This document shows positions 37,861 to 51,961 of a stretch of 64,000 nucleotides of DNA, piece after piece (the stretch's first letter is position 1; each line of letters begins with the position of its first letter). The notes beneath the pieces were generated by a model. The model saw only the letters and a list, made by a program, of their open reading frames with translations. It searched no databases and was not told the origin of the DNA. This DNA comes from Podarcis filfolensis. Its lineage: Eukaryota. The position numbers and the translations under genes are program-made. The stretch is taken from the NCBI GenBank assembly GCA_964270895.1, contig OZ185435.1, one strand, 5' to 3'.

Positions 37861-40088
37861 TGTAGTTTTGACTCACCGAAACAAATTCCCACGGGTTTGG
37901 TTTGTGGGGGGCCTAATAAATTGCGGTTTGAGCATCCTTGGGCAGGTTGGCACGCAACCGAGAGACTTACGATTGCTCGCACTCCAGCGTGTGTTGACAG
38001 TAGTTGCAAATGCTGCTGGTGTATCACCGGTGTCCATGTGATCAAGCCTCAAAGTAGTAATTAACGGTGGTAATATAGATGCTGTGGTGCATAGGAGCAG
38101 GTTTTTATGGCCAAAGGCCCTTGGGTACCACAAGTTGTAAAGCAGCAGTTGGGCTGGGAAACGTTTAATACATGCAGCCAGATTTGATTATCACCGGTGT
38201 TATTCCTGGGGTGTGCTAATAGATGCTAGAACAGCGAAACAAAACACTGTAATGTTGTCATGGGTGCTTATAGGAACTATAGTAGAACTCTCTGATTCTA
38301 GGTTCAGACACTAGTGGTATTTGATTGTATTTGTGGTCACCAGATATAAGAAGCAATATTTGTTACTGGCTGTTTTATATTTTGTATCATATAAATATCT
38401 TTGTTTACTGGGATACTGAAGAGCTTAATTGATTTTACTTGTTGGCCTTTTATTATTTAAAAGTGTGTTTACTTTTAAAGATCTGACGCTCAAATGCTGA
38501 GTTTTTATCCATTTAGACTTCTTGGATGTGTAGTCTCTTTGCTGCAAGAAAGCTTAGAAGTGTTCTGAGTGTTTATACTTCTTACTAGCTTTTTGTTACA
38601 GAAGCCGGTAGGGAGGAATACAATGCATTCTGTATTATTTTGCAACTGCAGTTTTCTGAAGAGGAATCATGTCACTGGGTGGGATTCAGCTCTGTTTTAC
38701 TCAGAGTAGACCCACTGAAATATATTTACCTAACTTATTCATGCTCGTCAATTTCAATGTGTCCTGAGTAAAACTTAGTTGAATACCACCCATAGTTTCA
38801 CAGAATTGAGACATGATGCTGTGGTAAACAGAAAACAGCAAAATTGCTACATTCAAGTTAAACTTCACTTGTATATGATACTGGTTTTTGATCTTAACTA
38901 TTTGCTGTTCAAGTGACTCATTGGGCAGTTTTATGTTTCACAAAAGAGTAAAGGTCTTGTTATTCAAGGAAGAGGCATAAGAAATGTAAAAGTTTAATGT
39001 GTACAGTTTTATTTGAGGCAGCAACCGATAAGAACTGAAGCGTACAGTATATGGTAGGAGTATAAGTGTATGTTGTACTTATTTATAGCCATTCAGTGGA
39101 AGTTAATATATTTATGGAATCTCTATATTTAGTATGCACTGACGTACAGAGGAGAAAAATAAACTATAAATGATTAGAAAATCTGTTGCTTCTGGCACCA
39201 GTACAAAACAGGCCATAGTTAAAGTTCTGATTCTGCAAGTATTGAAACTTATCCACAAGTTCACTGTTAGTTTTATTTTTGCTTTAGCATGGCAAGTTGG
39301 GAACAGGAAAGAGAGAAGTAAGGTGTGACAATCCTGAAAGCAGAAATAAAAGGTAATCTGGGAAAACTGAGGGAAATTCACATTTCCCAGGGATTCTCCC
39401 TATGGTTTCATACTTAATATCCCCACATATCTTCATACTGGATCTTTCCCCCTGAGGAATGTTTGTCCTCCACCCACCACATTCCATTGTCCTTTGTGGC
39501 AGGCTTTTTTGTCATTCTGCGTATGTTGCTCTTGCCACTTTGTGCTACAGAAGTAAAGATCCCATTAACATAACTATTTTTACAGTGACATATTCAGTGT
39601 TGGCATGCTGAACTCATTTGAATGTTTTGATATGTGAAGCTGCTTTGTACAGAGTCAGACCATTAGTTCATCTAGAAATTTCCCAGTTTTGAATAGATTT
39701 TTTCCCAGCTTTGCCAGGGCATGCCAGGGATATCTGCTACTGATGTTATATGCCTCCTCTATCTCCTTAAATGCCAGTGGCTTCAAGATTTAATCCAATG
39801 TTTTTTGTTTGCAAAGATGCCAGTATTGTATCATCTTATTAACTATACTGCACATGCCTCTGGCAGCTGTTTTAATGTCTTCCATGTCTTTCATCACATA
39901 AGATTTAATATTCTGCAACCAGAAAATTATATGGATAGTGCATTAAATAAGGATAGTGGCTTAAATTTGAGGGTGTCAGTTCCAAGATCCAGCATAGGTT
40001 TCCTTTTGGAGAAAAGCAGGAAATATTGTTGCCTATTTTTCATGCAGATACCTACACTGCATCTCATACTCATCATACTCATACTGCT

Positions 40089-40480
40089 GGAGCATCCCCT
40101 AATAATAATAATAACTTATTTCTACCCCACCCGTGTGGCTAGGTTTCCCCAGTTACTCTGGGCGGCTTTCAACAGAACATCAAAAACAGAATAAAACTTC
40201 AAAAAAACACTAGGAACTTCCCTAAACAGGGCTTCCTTCAGATGTCTTCTAAAAGATGGATAGTTGTTTATTTCCTTGACATCTGATGGGAGGGCGTTCC
40301 AGAGGTCAGGCGCCACTACCAAGAAGGTCCTCTGCCTGGTTCCCTGTAACTTCACTTCTCACAATGAGGGAACCACCAGAAGGCCCTCGGCACGGGACCT
40401 CAGTGTCCGGGCTGAACGATGTGGGTGGAGAGGCTCCTTCAGGTATATTGGGCCGAGGCCGTTTAGGGCTTTAGTACAGT
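40089..40480 (-). mobile_element. L2 LINE 3' end, same family as 18541..18890
   Basis: Reverse complement of the same terminus, with a (TAA)n tail. Confidence 0.8.
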
Positions 40481-42108
40481 ATGCTGACACAAAAGCATAA
40501 GCAGGTGTGTCTGTGTGCAGTTATCTAAGAGCAATTATTGGCTTTTAAAGTCCTTCATGCGCTGGACCCCAGTTACTTTTCAAAGGGCCTTCTCCCAAGG
40601 GAAGCTTTGTTTCTCATGTTGATGGACTTAGTCCACTGTGTGGTGACATAAAAGAGCACTTTCTCTTTTTTGTGCAAACCCCCCCCCCCCCACACACACA
40701 CCCCGTGCCCAGTAGAACTCTCTTCCTGTGGGAGTGCAGATGGTGGACTTCGGTGGATTTACCTGTTGTCCCAGGCATTTGGGGTAAACCTGTGAAGGAC
40801 ACAATTTCTTTAGGTCTTCTCATGCTGTTGTGTTTATTAATTGGATTTACTAATGACACTTTTTAATTAATGTATATTTTGGGTTGTATATTTTATGATA
40901 TGTTGTAAACCACCCTGGGATCACCATGTGATGAAGGGTGATCTACAAATTTTAAAATAAATAAAGTCTGGATTGAACCCATTGCATGTAATTCATTGTA
41001 TATGAGCAATGCCAGATGAAATGTATGGTTTCCAATGCAGAACATTCCTCTAAGTAAGAAATCTCATCTGGTTTAAAATGGATTCTAGAGTTGGACTGAG
41101 CTGTGTTGGCAAGACAGTGCAGCACAACTTTCCACAGTTACTGATGTAGAAATAAATTCCTTTTAAGTTTAGATATGCTCTTCCAAGCATTGCATTTGTG
41201 GCAATATATAGAAATAATTAATATACATAAACAATGCAGTTGTTCTAATAATTATGAGAAATATGTAGCTGTGAGTAGCTGCTGTTAATTACAGCTGAAA
41301 TATTTTATATACATTTCTTGCTTAGTCTTAGTGTTATGTGTGAATGCAGCCACTGAGTAACACTCTTATTTGTTTATTGCCATCTCCGATGTTCTTTTGC
41401 TGAATTCTAATGCCTGTGCTTATCTATCCTATCCAGCTCTGTTGGAAATACTGGAAGAAGGGTAGCCAGAGCTAACCCTGATTCCAGTGGAAGTCTGAAC
41501 AGCGTGCTTGCTGAAACTTGAGTGGCTGCACTTTTTCAGCCCCTGTTCTCGGACTACCCACAAAATTTGATCACACTCACACGTCATTCTTAGGGTTTGC
41601 ATGTTCCCCTCTAGTTGGGTTATGTGTGTCTGTCTCGCAGATGAAGAACCTAGGCTTTATTGGAAACCAACAGTCCTTGGGACTGTGCACCTGAATGACA
41701 CAAAAGGAAGCAGGAGCAGGAATTATTTAAGCATAGGTTAATTTTATTACTTCATTCATTGCATTTATGTGCTGCCTCATAACACAAAATTCTATAGGCT
41801 ACTTAGCGCAAACAAAATGCATATGCAGCTGGTTTGAGAAATGAGACAAGTGGTTGCTGATTGATACTGCATTGTTTTTCATTTTACACGCATACAATAA
41901 AAGCTTGGACCTAGTTCTTGAAGCGGTTTTAGAAATCTACCATTTTGAAATACTTTTTCATTTGATTTTGCAAATATTGTTCATTTTGTTTCTAACGAGT
42001 GTTTTTCTTTCTCCTTCCAGTGCTTCTGAATCTGGCTTTGAACATTTTGGGGCCAAGGATTTGCAGAAGAGGTGACTGGAGTTGTTAATGGACATCTGTT
42101 TTCACGGC

Positions 42109-43200
42109 ATGGCCCAAATATCTAGCAGCAATGAAGTCAAACAGCGTTCATCACCCTCTTTGGGCACAGCAAAGGCAAAAGAAGTGGACAAAGAGGAGGC
42201 GCTGCAGATGGAAGCTGAGGCTCTAGCTAAGATGCAAAAGGAAAGAGTGGTAGCTGGTAACAGACAAAGTGTTGACATTTTAAGCAACTCTTGGCCAACT
42301 GTACAATCCCACAGGAAACAGGACCATGATCTTATGGTGTTTCCAGAGTCCGATGCCAAGAGAAAGATGGATGATAAGTTAAATACAATTGAGATAGAAA
42401 AACTAAGCCATGCTGAGCTAGAGAAACTACTACTTGAGGACAGTTCTGAGTCAAGCAAGCACACCACGTTGCCAGCAACTCCTATTCTGAGTTCATCATT
42501 TTCTTCACAGTTTTATGCCAACCCTACTATTCAAAGAGGACAGTGGACACCTGGGTTTCCTGGGCCTTCTACTTGCACTGTACCTTCTATTTACCCAGCA
42601 AATTCTTACAGCAAACAAGTTGGTATCTTTCAGAATGGCTTCCATCCAGGTATGTCCACTTACCAGTCTTCAAAGCCTATTTATCTAAGTCTTCCAGAGA
42701 GGTCCCAGTACATTACATATGCACTGCCTGCTACTTCAGCCTTCCATCCACAGAGAAGTTTGCCTATATATCAGCCAACACTTACCCCTGAAATGGCAAA
42801 AGTATTTGATAAGATAGCAAGCACTTCAGAATTTCTGAAAAATGGGAGATCAAGCACAGACTTAGAAGTGACTGCTACTAAATCTACAGTTAACTTACCA
42901 ACCTCTGAAAACTCCAGTGATATTAGTAAATTTGATTGGTTGGATTTGGATCCTTTAAGTAAACCGAAAGTCGACAGTATGGATATATTGTATACGGCAG
43001 AAGATGATGCAAAGGTGACTTGTAGTACAGTTGTAGAAGATCCTTGGGATGCTGTGCTACTGGAGGAGAAATCCCCAGGGAAATGTCGTCTTGAAAGAAA
43101 AGTTAGTGGGAAGTCTTCTTCTGGGGCAACAGTTACAAGAAGTCAGTCTTTAAACATTCGAACCGCTCAGCTTACTAAATTACAGGGCCAAACATCACAG
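42109..43200 (+). CDS. PIK3C2A: PIK3C2A exon 2 coding part (exon starts at 42021): [11 protein letters not shown]...QGQTSQ, N-terminal region associated with clathrin binding
   Basis: The motifs [49 protein letters not shown] and [11 protein letters not shown] match PI3K-C2alpha. Boundaries ctccttccag| and CAG|gtaaaa. Confidence 0.97.
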
Positions 43201-46200
43201 GTAAAACATATCCTGAAAGCTTATTTTCATTTTGTAAGCTTACTTTCATTTTGAAAAGTTGATACTATTTAATGGAATGAAGAATTTGTTCCCTGCCCAA
43301 CCATAATTCTACAAATAATTGATTATTAGAACTTTTAAGAAAATTGTGAATTCGGTAACGTGTGTTTATTTTGCATTAATTTTTAAATTGAAATTTTAAA
43401 ATTAAAAAATATTGTTCCTGTTAAGTACTACAGTCACATTTTCTAAAGAATGCAGTATAGCTTCAGACAATTGCCTTCTAGATGTGCAGAAATCAGAAGA
43501 AAGAATGGTGAGTAGGGAGAGTTTTATTTGCCTTCATTACTGCCCCCACCTTGCACCCCCACCATCAGAAACCAGGTTTGTGTAGCTGCTTCATTACTGA
43601 ACAGTACACAGCTGTGGGTAGACCTTATGCAGCTCCATCAGATCATAAACCTTAGAGTGAGACACTAAGTCAGCAGATTAAGGGAACCCTCTTGTTACGA
43701 TAATTTTTTGGCGTGATATTTTCCCTCATACTTGTAAAGTCCTTCAACCTCCTGAAAATAAACATTCTTGGGGCAATCCTGACTGTGGGTGGCCCTGGTT
43801 TGCAACCTTGCTGATAAAGTATAGGATCACAGAATTGGGAATTAGAAGAAAAAATTTAGGACCCACAAAATGTTGCCGAATAGCCTCCTGTTGAGGCTCC
43901 ACCCAGTCTAAAACAGAAGGCCTGGTCTCATGTCTGGAAAACTTTTCATACTGTGCTATTTAGTTCCAAAGAGATTCAGAACTGGCTTCCAGAATGGGGT
44001 TTTGTTTATGGTTTTTTTGGTATCTAATAGCAGTGGTGGGGGATACTTTTTTTGAGGAATGTGAAAGGAGTGAATACTCCACATAGTGCTGTGATAGGAG
44101 TCTTAATCTCATGGTTTGCATACCCCAGACTTTAATTCCCCTGAAATACTGTAGCAGTTAGCAGCTCAAATATGCCAAGCCAATGCCCTCTGCATCCCTT
44201 TCCCCTATTATTAATTATTATTATTCTCCAACTAACACTTTCAACACTCTGTTCTTCTTCAAAGCCAGTGACTGTGCTCATTCCCCATTAGGATGTTTTT
44301 GGAGTTCTTTTCCTTTTTAAAAAATGCAGAAACTACTATATTTTCTGTGGGCAGCTCCATTTCACCGCTAAACTAATTGGTCCTGAATACCAAGTGTGAT
44401 ATTAGAAGGGATGATTATTATTCAGTTTAATCATTATCGAAAAGTCACAAACAATTCAGGTAGGTCAAGAGCAGTCAGTGTATGTGCAAGTAAACTTAAT
44501 TGTGATGAGTTCTTAAAGTCTAGTTATTCCTATACTAAAGACTTACTGACATCACATGGGCTACTTGTGAGGAAGTGGTTTCAGGATTTCTGCCATTGTG
44601 TAGTTGGTTACTTTGCAGAACTACTGTAATAAGATACTTCTGCTGAAAAAAATAATTTTTAAAGATTATTTTTCCATGTAAACAGGCTCTTTAAAAAAAA
44701 TAACATTAGAAACTCTTATATTCCATATTTCATACTGATGTTGCACACATAATGCACTATGTAGTATATTAAATATATAAACTGCTTCTAAATTAATAGT
44801 ATACACATATCATGGCCAAAACTGTTAACTTGGTCTCCAAATCTCTGCGGTTTATCCTTTACAAAGAGGCTCCATCTGTGTGATCTGTCATGAGTATTAG
44901 GAGGAAGTAGACATTTAGGCCCCGTGCATGATCAAAACTATCTGGCATGGGAACAAAGCTTTACAACTCGGCAGGATAACACTTCAGCAGAACAAAACAA
45001 AGGCCTGAGATTTAATATGCTCACAACGGTTCTCAAATATTGAAGGTTTTTTTCCCTAGTGTAGGAAGTGGCAGTCATATTAACCCCTACTGTTCATATC
45101 TTTAGAATGCCCATATAGGATCTCTGAGTCTGTTGGGATGTGCGTTATTTGTTTGCCATGACATGACAGCCAGATAATAATAAGATGGATTAGTCAGCTC
45201 ATTTGTATGGTGGTGTTTTTATTATATTCAGTTATTTTGGTTTCTAACATTTTTATTGTAAACATCTAGTTAGGGTTTGCACTGAAATACAGGATAGAAC
45301 TAAATGTGTCAGATAAATTTGACTGCCATTAAAATTAGGCATTTTTTATTCACAAAATTAAAATTAAATTAAAATATCAGGTATTAGCTTGATCTAAGAC
45401 TTGGGCATTTAATTTTGTTTCCAGCTACAGAATATAATTGTTATGCTGAATCAGACCATTTAATTCAGCATTCTTCCTTGGAGGTGAAACTAATGAATCA
45501 GTTGTCTATTAAATGTAGCAAAATCCCTGGCACAGGAGCTATTGCCATTTAATTTAATGTCATGTTCACTTCTGTTAAAACACTATGTGATATCTTCATA
45601 AATTAAATCCTTACTCTATTCACAATTCGGTTATGCTAGGTAAAGCTCAGTCTTTAAATTGGAGACATGTGTTATGCTTTCTTCAACAAAGTTTCTCAGA
45701 AACCTTGATGCTGTTGAAAGTTTAAAATGACACACATATTATCAAAACTAAATATATTGCAAGTCATATTAGCACATTGGAAAGTTATTTTCATTTTTAT
45801 CACATTTGCAGCACAATGAGAATTGTGTTTACATGGAAATAAAATCAGTGAGGCTTAATATATGAATGGTTGGTTTATACCTCGGAAAGTAGAAAGAGAT
45901 ATGTGAGGTTAAAACATCTGGTATATTACTGCATTGTAAGCCACAGTCTTTTTCTTTGAGGAAAAATGACAAGCCAAATAGGCAACTGGAATTAAACACA
46001 GCTAAAATTCTCCTCCCATCCACACAGGAGGGGAACATGCATGTTCAAGGTTCACTGCAGTACACTCACATTGTGCTAAGTTATGGTTTAGCATTACATT
46101 CCAACATAGCTAGTTTGTTATGTCTAGGATAAACTGTGGTTAGTTTCAACTAGGGTTTGTACAAGCACGTATACTTCAAACTGTTATTTAGAATCTTGTT

Positions 46201-48289
46201 AAGATAAACTATAGTTGAACATAATTGCAGTTCGCAGCTGAGACAGAATGATGCACTGTGGTTAACTGAAAACAGAAGCAAATCCTTCTAGTCTTCTCTT
46301 GGCCACACTGTAGGAACAGGGGAGGAGAGGCAAGCTTGTGCATATAATGGTAAATTTGTTTTAGTGTTCTATCCAAACCAGGTTAGGTCTTTTTGTCAGT
46401 CATCATCATCATTTACCCACATTTCACTCCAAGGTCCTGGAGCAGACTACAACATTAAAACACAATATTAAAAAGGGTTTAAAAAAAATTTACAACAATC
46501 ACAGAACGTTGAGGAATGTACTTCATGGAGTTGCTTGTAAAAAAAAATGCCACTTTCTGTGGGTTAGAGCCAAAGATCTCCATGTATTAGCAGAAGACAC
46601 TTGATGGCTCCCCCAGAGTAGTTTGTAGTGTGGTGGAGGGGCTGCAGCCTTAATCCAAGCCAAGGTAATTTTTTTGGTACCAGCTGGTTTAATTGATGCT
46701 ACCCAGCAACGTGACAAATGGCAGACCAGGACCAACATACTTGTGTTATTTTATTTTACTGTTGGCTATTGAATGGAGGACTAATCATATGCTGCCTTTC
46801 AGAGTGTATTTTGGCACTGATAAATGGGACATTTCCTCTTGTGGCATGTCATATGGTACATGTGCTTTAAATCACAAGCGAATGTATGATTTAAGCAGTT
46901 GGCACAAAAATGGCACAGGTGGCAGGAGCTATGGCATTAAAGCAACTCCTATTTTGAAGTTGTTCATATAAGACATTGTATGAGTTACTTTTTTACATTT
47001 TCCCCTGGAGATTATCTTTAAAATTTTGGATTTTGACTTGACTAATAGCAGCTGCATAAATATTTGTTCAGGTCTTTTAATAACATGAATAAAATGTTCC
47101 ACAGACTTTTGAAGTAAACTTACTCACATCTTATTTCAGGACTTAATTCCACAAGAATGCCATCAAATTCTGTATATTGGAAATTAGAGGTAGAAGCCAT
47201 AAAACTAGGATTATTTTAAGACTAAATAATTAGAACTATAAGAATTCCTTTAGTAGGAGTTCCAGATCATACTCCATTTCACTTGCTTTTATTTGGAAAG
47301 TGGAATCAGAGAACAGAAAATATCCTGTTTATGTCTGTTGCAATATCATCATATACGGTAAGTTTGAGACTGTGCGCCTCCGTCTAAATAGATGTAGGCT
47401 GCAATCCTGTACCCACTTACTAGGGAGCAAGCCCCATGGAACCTCTTTCTGAGTGAGTGCATATAGGATTATGTTGTGGGTGGTGGGGTTGGGGTGAAGA
47501 TGTGTTATAATTATGTCATAATGGTGTGTTTAAATCTGGTTTTTCCATCTTCTGTCTATATGTGTTATGCAATATATACTGTTGATTATATTGTGTGTGT
47601 GCATGTGTGTCTCTGTGTGTGTCTGTGTTTAAATAAACAGAAAATGAATCCATCATCAGATAATGAGAGTACCAGGCTGAACTGGAAATTTTTCAGAGAC
47701 ACAGTTGTTGAGTATTAAGGTGGAGAATTTTTCCCAAAATTTTTTTTAGTTTCTATACTGGTTTTTGGTAGAAGGCCCCCACAACAGTCAAAAGCATAAT
47801 AATACAAGATACACTACAGTACAGTATATAATAATCTACCAGAATAATATATGACAACAAAATCGCAATATAGAGACAAGACTCAAATAGAATTTTCCCA
47901 AGCTAAAGAATTAGAGTATTCTTAACAACCCTGCATTCCATACATTTAAGTGTTAGAAGCCTGAACAGACAATGAGCCACACTAAAAAAAAATTACATCT
48001 GACGAAAGGAGTTAAGCGGTACTCTCAGTTCTACCCATTCTAACTATTCAGGGGTTTAGGACAAACAAGCAATCCATGTAAAATGTCCACACGAAAACAA
48101 AAACCAACGGGGAGCATGCCCAATATCTATAGCTGCCACAATTTAACACACATGCATTTTTGGGCGGTAAGACAGCAGGAGAAGCAAATACATTTCTATG
48201 ATCTTGAGACTTCAGGCATTTATAGCACAAAGTGATAGCAATAACCTGGAACTGCAGTGTTTGAAGCTACTTGAAACATTGCTCTAAGT

Positions 48290-48630
48290 CAGAGGTGAGC
48301 AACCCACGGTCTAGACAAGAGGACCCATGGCGCCGTGCACTACTTCCGTTGGTGCGCTTCACCCGCCCCCAGAAGCCTGAAGGAAAAGAGAGAAAGAATG
48401 AGTAAATGGTGACCGAATGATGCGAGGAAAGGACAAATGTTTGTGTTTGTGTGAATAAATGGGTGTGTGGTATGAGAGAGAATGAAATGTTCAGTGAACA
48501 GCACAGCTAGACAAGGTGTCTGACCCTTTATATGCTTTGATCCCATTTGCAACCATCAATATGTGGCCCTGACCATTGCCCCATCCCCCGGGAATGTGGA
48601 ACTCAACCCTGGGAAGGTTGCCCACCCCTA
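48290..48630. mobile_element. hAT-like MITE
   Basis: TIRs cagaggtgagcaacc / ggttgcccacccct. Confidence 0.6.
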
Positions 48631-48799
48631 CCTACTCTTAGCAGTGGTAGACTGCTTTCTATGAAACAAACATATTTGGAATCAAATACACTTAGTTTTG
48701 CCAGCTCTGTCCCACCTTTAGCCACTGCAGGTGAGACTAGGGCTATACTTTCACTGGCTTCTTTCTTCAAAACTTTCTTAGGCTATATAGACCATCTTA

Positions 48800-49650
48800 A
48801 AACATCAATATATGCAAAAATTTAAAATATATACAAAGAAGCAGCCATTCAAGATATATAGTAACAGAATTTTTCATTGGAATGTCTTCCCGCCAAACCG
48901 TGCCATTCACCACTGCAAGAGATACTATTGACAGAAATTCAGCCACCCTTGCAGCCACCCTTACCTCCGGGTTAATATCAGCAGATAGAATCTGATATTT
49001 TCATTGTGCCATGATGTTAAACTACCCCAAAAAAGGGGATAACACACATTTATGTAGCTGGTTGCACAGTGGACAGTAGAAAATAATATGTTCTACAGTG
49101 TCTAGCACATTCAAATAACATCCGCAATGTCTATCATTTCTAGGGATGTTTAAATATCTGCCCTTAACAAAAGCTGAGGGGGAAACGTTCCTTTGGGCTA
49201 ACATATGCCCTGTGTTGGGCTGGAATTACTAACTTTGAGATATAAGTGATCCTGTTATTGGTTGCATTTAAACCATAGAACTTTGGGGAGCAGATTTTAT
49301 TTACAGCTGATTAAATGTTTTGTTTTTCAATATCCCTTAATCAAATTTGGATATTGCAATAAATATATTGCTTACTAGAATTATACATTAATTCCAAGTC
49401 AATACCAATAGATCTAATTTTGCTGTGTATGAGTTGGAGCCATCTGGATTTATAGAAGTCCTTGAGTAAATCAGAAAGCAGACTCGAAGGTTGGGAACGA
49501 AAATGGCAAAGCAGCCAGTATTTTATAGTGCTAGTCCACGCCCAATATTCCATCATGTGTATACTTAATTCTGCACACATCGTCTCATACTTGATTGAAT
49601 TTGGGAGACCAAGGAATACGACTCAAGAAAGGCTTATAGGAGTCATGTCT
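48800..49650 (-). mobile_element. Decayed RTEX-like LINE C-terminus
   Basis: FLGLPNSIKYETMCAEL...AWTSTIKYWL and SPSAFVKGRYLNIPRNDRHCGC...VEHIIFYCPL. Confidence 0.75.
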
Positions 49651-49684
49651 ATCACTGCTTTACTTCTTTATTCTTAAATTTCAG

Positions 49685-49785
49685 ACAGACAATGGGACCA
49701 GTAACCTGCCAACAGGAAATAAATTTCTCAAAAATGGTGATGGCCAAGATCAAGAACAAGCAGCATTTTGTGATGCCATTGCAAA
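49685..49785 (+). CDS. PIK3C2A: PIK3C2A exon 3 (101 nt): TDNGTSNLPTGNKFLKNGDGQDQEQAAFCDAIA
   Basis: Resembles vertebrate NGTSSLPTG...AAFC. Boundaries tttcag| and |gtaagc, phase 0 to 2. Confidence 0.92.
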
Positions 49786-50420
49786 GTAAGCAGTAGTGTG
49801 GTGCAAACATGTTTAAGGAAGTAAATGACAGCACTAGTTTCATTTATAGGCTTGACACTTGAATATTTTGTTTCATGTGTCATATGTTATATGCATGCTT
49901 TTTTACTGGTTTGGAGGGAAAATGCAATTTTTTATAGTTATTAAAGCAGCAAAACACTAAGATTGATTTCTGAATTTTTACTGCATATTCATCTGGCTGT
50001 AGGATGTTTTACCATTCCTCTATTCCTGAACTATTACAATACTATGTAATGGAGAATTGGGGGAAAGAGGGGAACCTGAGATTTGTGCACTAGGAAATGT
50101 TGAATTCTGTGATTGCATAATTTATTCCATGGTGGGTAGATTTGCATAAACTTGTTAATTTTAAAAATCTGATTCAGATGTCTTTTGTATAGATTGGATG
50201 GTTTGAGATTTTTAGGATAATGGAACATGAGGTTCCATGAGTGCAAGGCCAATGACTTGTCTCATAGGGTGGAGGGGAAACAAGTAAAACAGTTTTTAGG
50301 CAAATGAATTAACTGTGTGATTCTAACTCTTTTTACTAAGAAATAAGTAACATTGTGAACTACATGTAAGTGTAATTTATCTTCATTAGAGCAAGGAACT
50401 TACATACATATTGCTTACAG

Positions 50421-50578
50421 GTTGAGGACCAAGTTTCCCCATGACAATCTTGATACAAACTCAGGCTTTGTGCTGAGCCCAGTAATGTTGCAAAGAAACA
50501 TCAGTGGAGAGAACTCAAGCATCAAGATTTCAATAGAAATTGAAGGTTTCCAACAGCCAGTGATATTTACATGTGATG
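50421..50578 (+). CDS. PIK3C2A: PIK3C2A exon 4 (158 nt): LRTKFPHDN...KISIEIEGFQQPVIFTCD, start of the Ras-binding domain
   Basis: Translation match, GT-AG, phase 2 to 1. Confidence 0.95.
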
Positions 50579-51384
50579 GTATGGGTGTTTTCATTTTTTA
50601 ATAAATGATGTTTCCATAGATCAAAAGATTACGTCAAGATGAAAATTCCAAGAATTATTTGCGTCCCAGATTATTAGCACACATGAGAATAGTCATTATT
50701 CTACAGTTTATGTTTTAGTTGGTTGTAAATATCAGTAGATAAGATTCCTCTTACCAAATGCGTCTGGTGTAATTATTAGGGAACTGTTAAATGGGCTGGG
50801 TTTGGGTTTTTGTTTTTGTTTTTACTAGAACTAGTTTAAGTGTTTCAAATCTATTAATTGGGCAGCCTGGTCAAATTTGCATGTCATGTCAGCCTTTTAA
50901 ATAAGTCTGGGAATAAGCCATCTCCCATGTGATAAAGTTGGCTATCTTGGGTTCTAAAGTAACATTACATTATTTCGATTATAACTGCCACTCTCTTAAA
51001 TCAAGCAGTTTAAATTAAAGTATAGTAAACAAATCATTTTCCTTGTAGTTGAAAACTTGCAAGACATGTCATTGATCTTTTTATGGAGAACCCTCATAGA
51101 ACTCACTGCATATTCTGGTATGGTCACCAGGTCACTCTGATAGTGACCACTCCCCTAATAAGTTACCTTGTACTGGATTTTATGTCTTTAAAGAACTTCT
51201 GCACTTAAATCAGCTGGAAATACAAATTATATTTCATATAAATTTATATGAAATTTATATTTCATATAAATATAAATGAGTCTATTAACTCATTTAAATT
51301 GGAAAAACTTCAAGAGTTAGTGAAGAATAAAATAGTACTTTCTTAACTATTGTCTTCTATTTTTTTTTTTTTGTCTTTAAATAG

Positions 51385-51505
51385 CAAGTTCTCCAGTTGA
51401 GCTTATAATAATGCAAGCACTTTGCTGGGTGCATGATGACTTGAATGATGTAGACATTGACAGTTATATCTTGAAGGTTTGTGGACAAGAAGAAGTTTTG
51501 CAGAA
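51385..51505 (+). CDS. PIK3C2A: PIK3C2A exon 5 (121 nt): [39 protein letters not shown]
   Basis: Translation match, GT-AG, phase 1 to 2. Confidence 0.97.
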
Positions 51506-51871
51506 GTAAGCAGAAACTTTCCCTCTCAGTATTTAAGTGGGCTTAGGGTGCTTTCAGAAAGAAAATAATGCAAATGTTTGTTAACTTACTGGATTTTCTG
51601 CAAAAAGAGTAAATCTGGATTAAATGCAGGCTCTCATTTTGATGATGATGTCAAGTAGACACTGGGGGGTGGGGTGGACTTGTATGTATAGCCAAGAAGA
51701 GATTTTTTGCTGATCCCTCTTCTACTCTGCACCTAAAATCTGTTTGGGAGAGATGTTCCTCCACCTCTCAAACAGTTTTTTTGGGGTGGTTTTTAAGCCT
51801 GCTGTATCTCCCAGACTCATCACACAACCATGGGTACAGTAGTATTAACCTCTATGAATATAAGGCTAAGC

Positions 51872-51961
51872 TATAGCTGTCAACGTTTCCCCTTTTTTAA
51901 GGGAAATTCCCTTATTCCAAACAGGATTCCTCACAAGAAAAGGGGAAAGTTGACAGCTATG
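51872..51961. mobile_element. Miniature hAT MITE (90 bp)
   Basis: TIRs atagctgtcaac(g)tttcccct / aggggaaagttgacagctat, with 8-bp flanks ggctaagc/tgctaagc. Confidence 0.85.

Noticed and set aside
41641-41736. Possible extra 5'UTR exon of PIK3C2A (tctcgcag|ATG)
   Set aside because: The acceptor is plausible but there is no good downstream donor.
43201-43254. Read-through of the PIK3C2A exon 2 ORF into intron 2 as a truncated isoform
   Set aside because: An ORF extending 17 codons past a donor is expected by chance, and there is no convincing nearby AATAAA.
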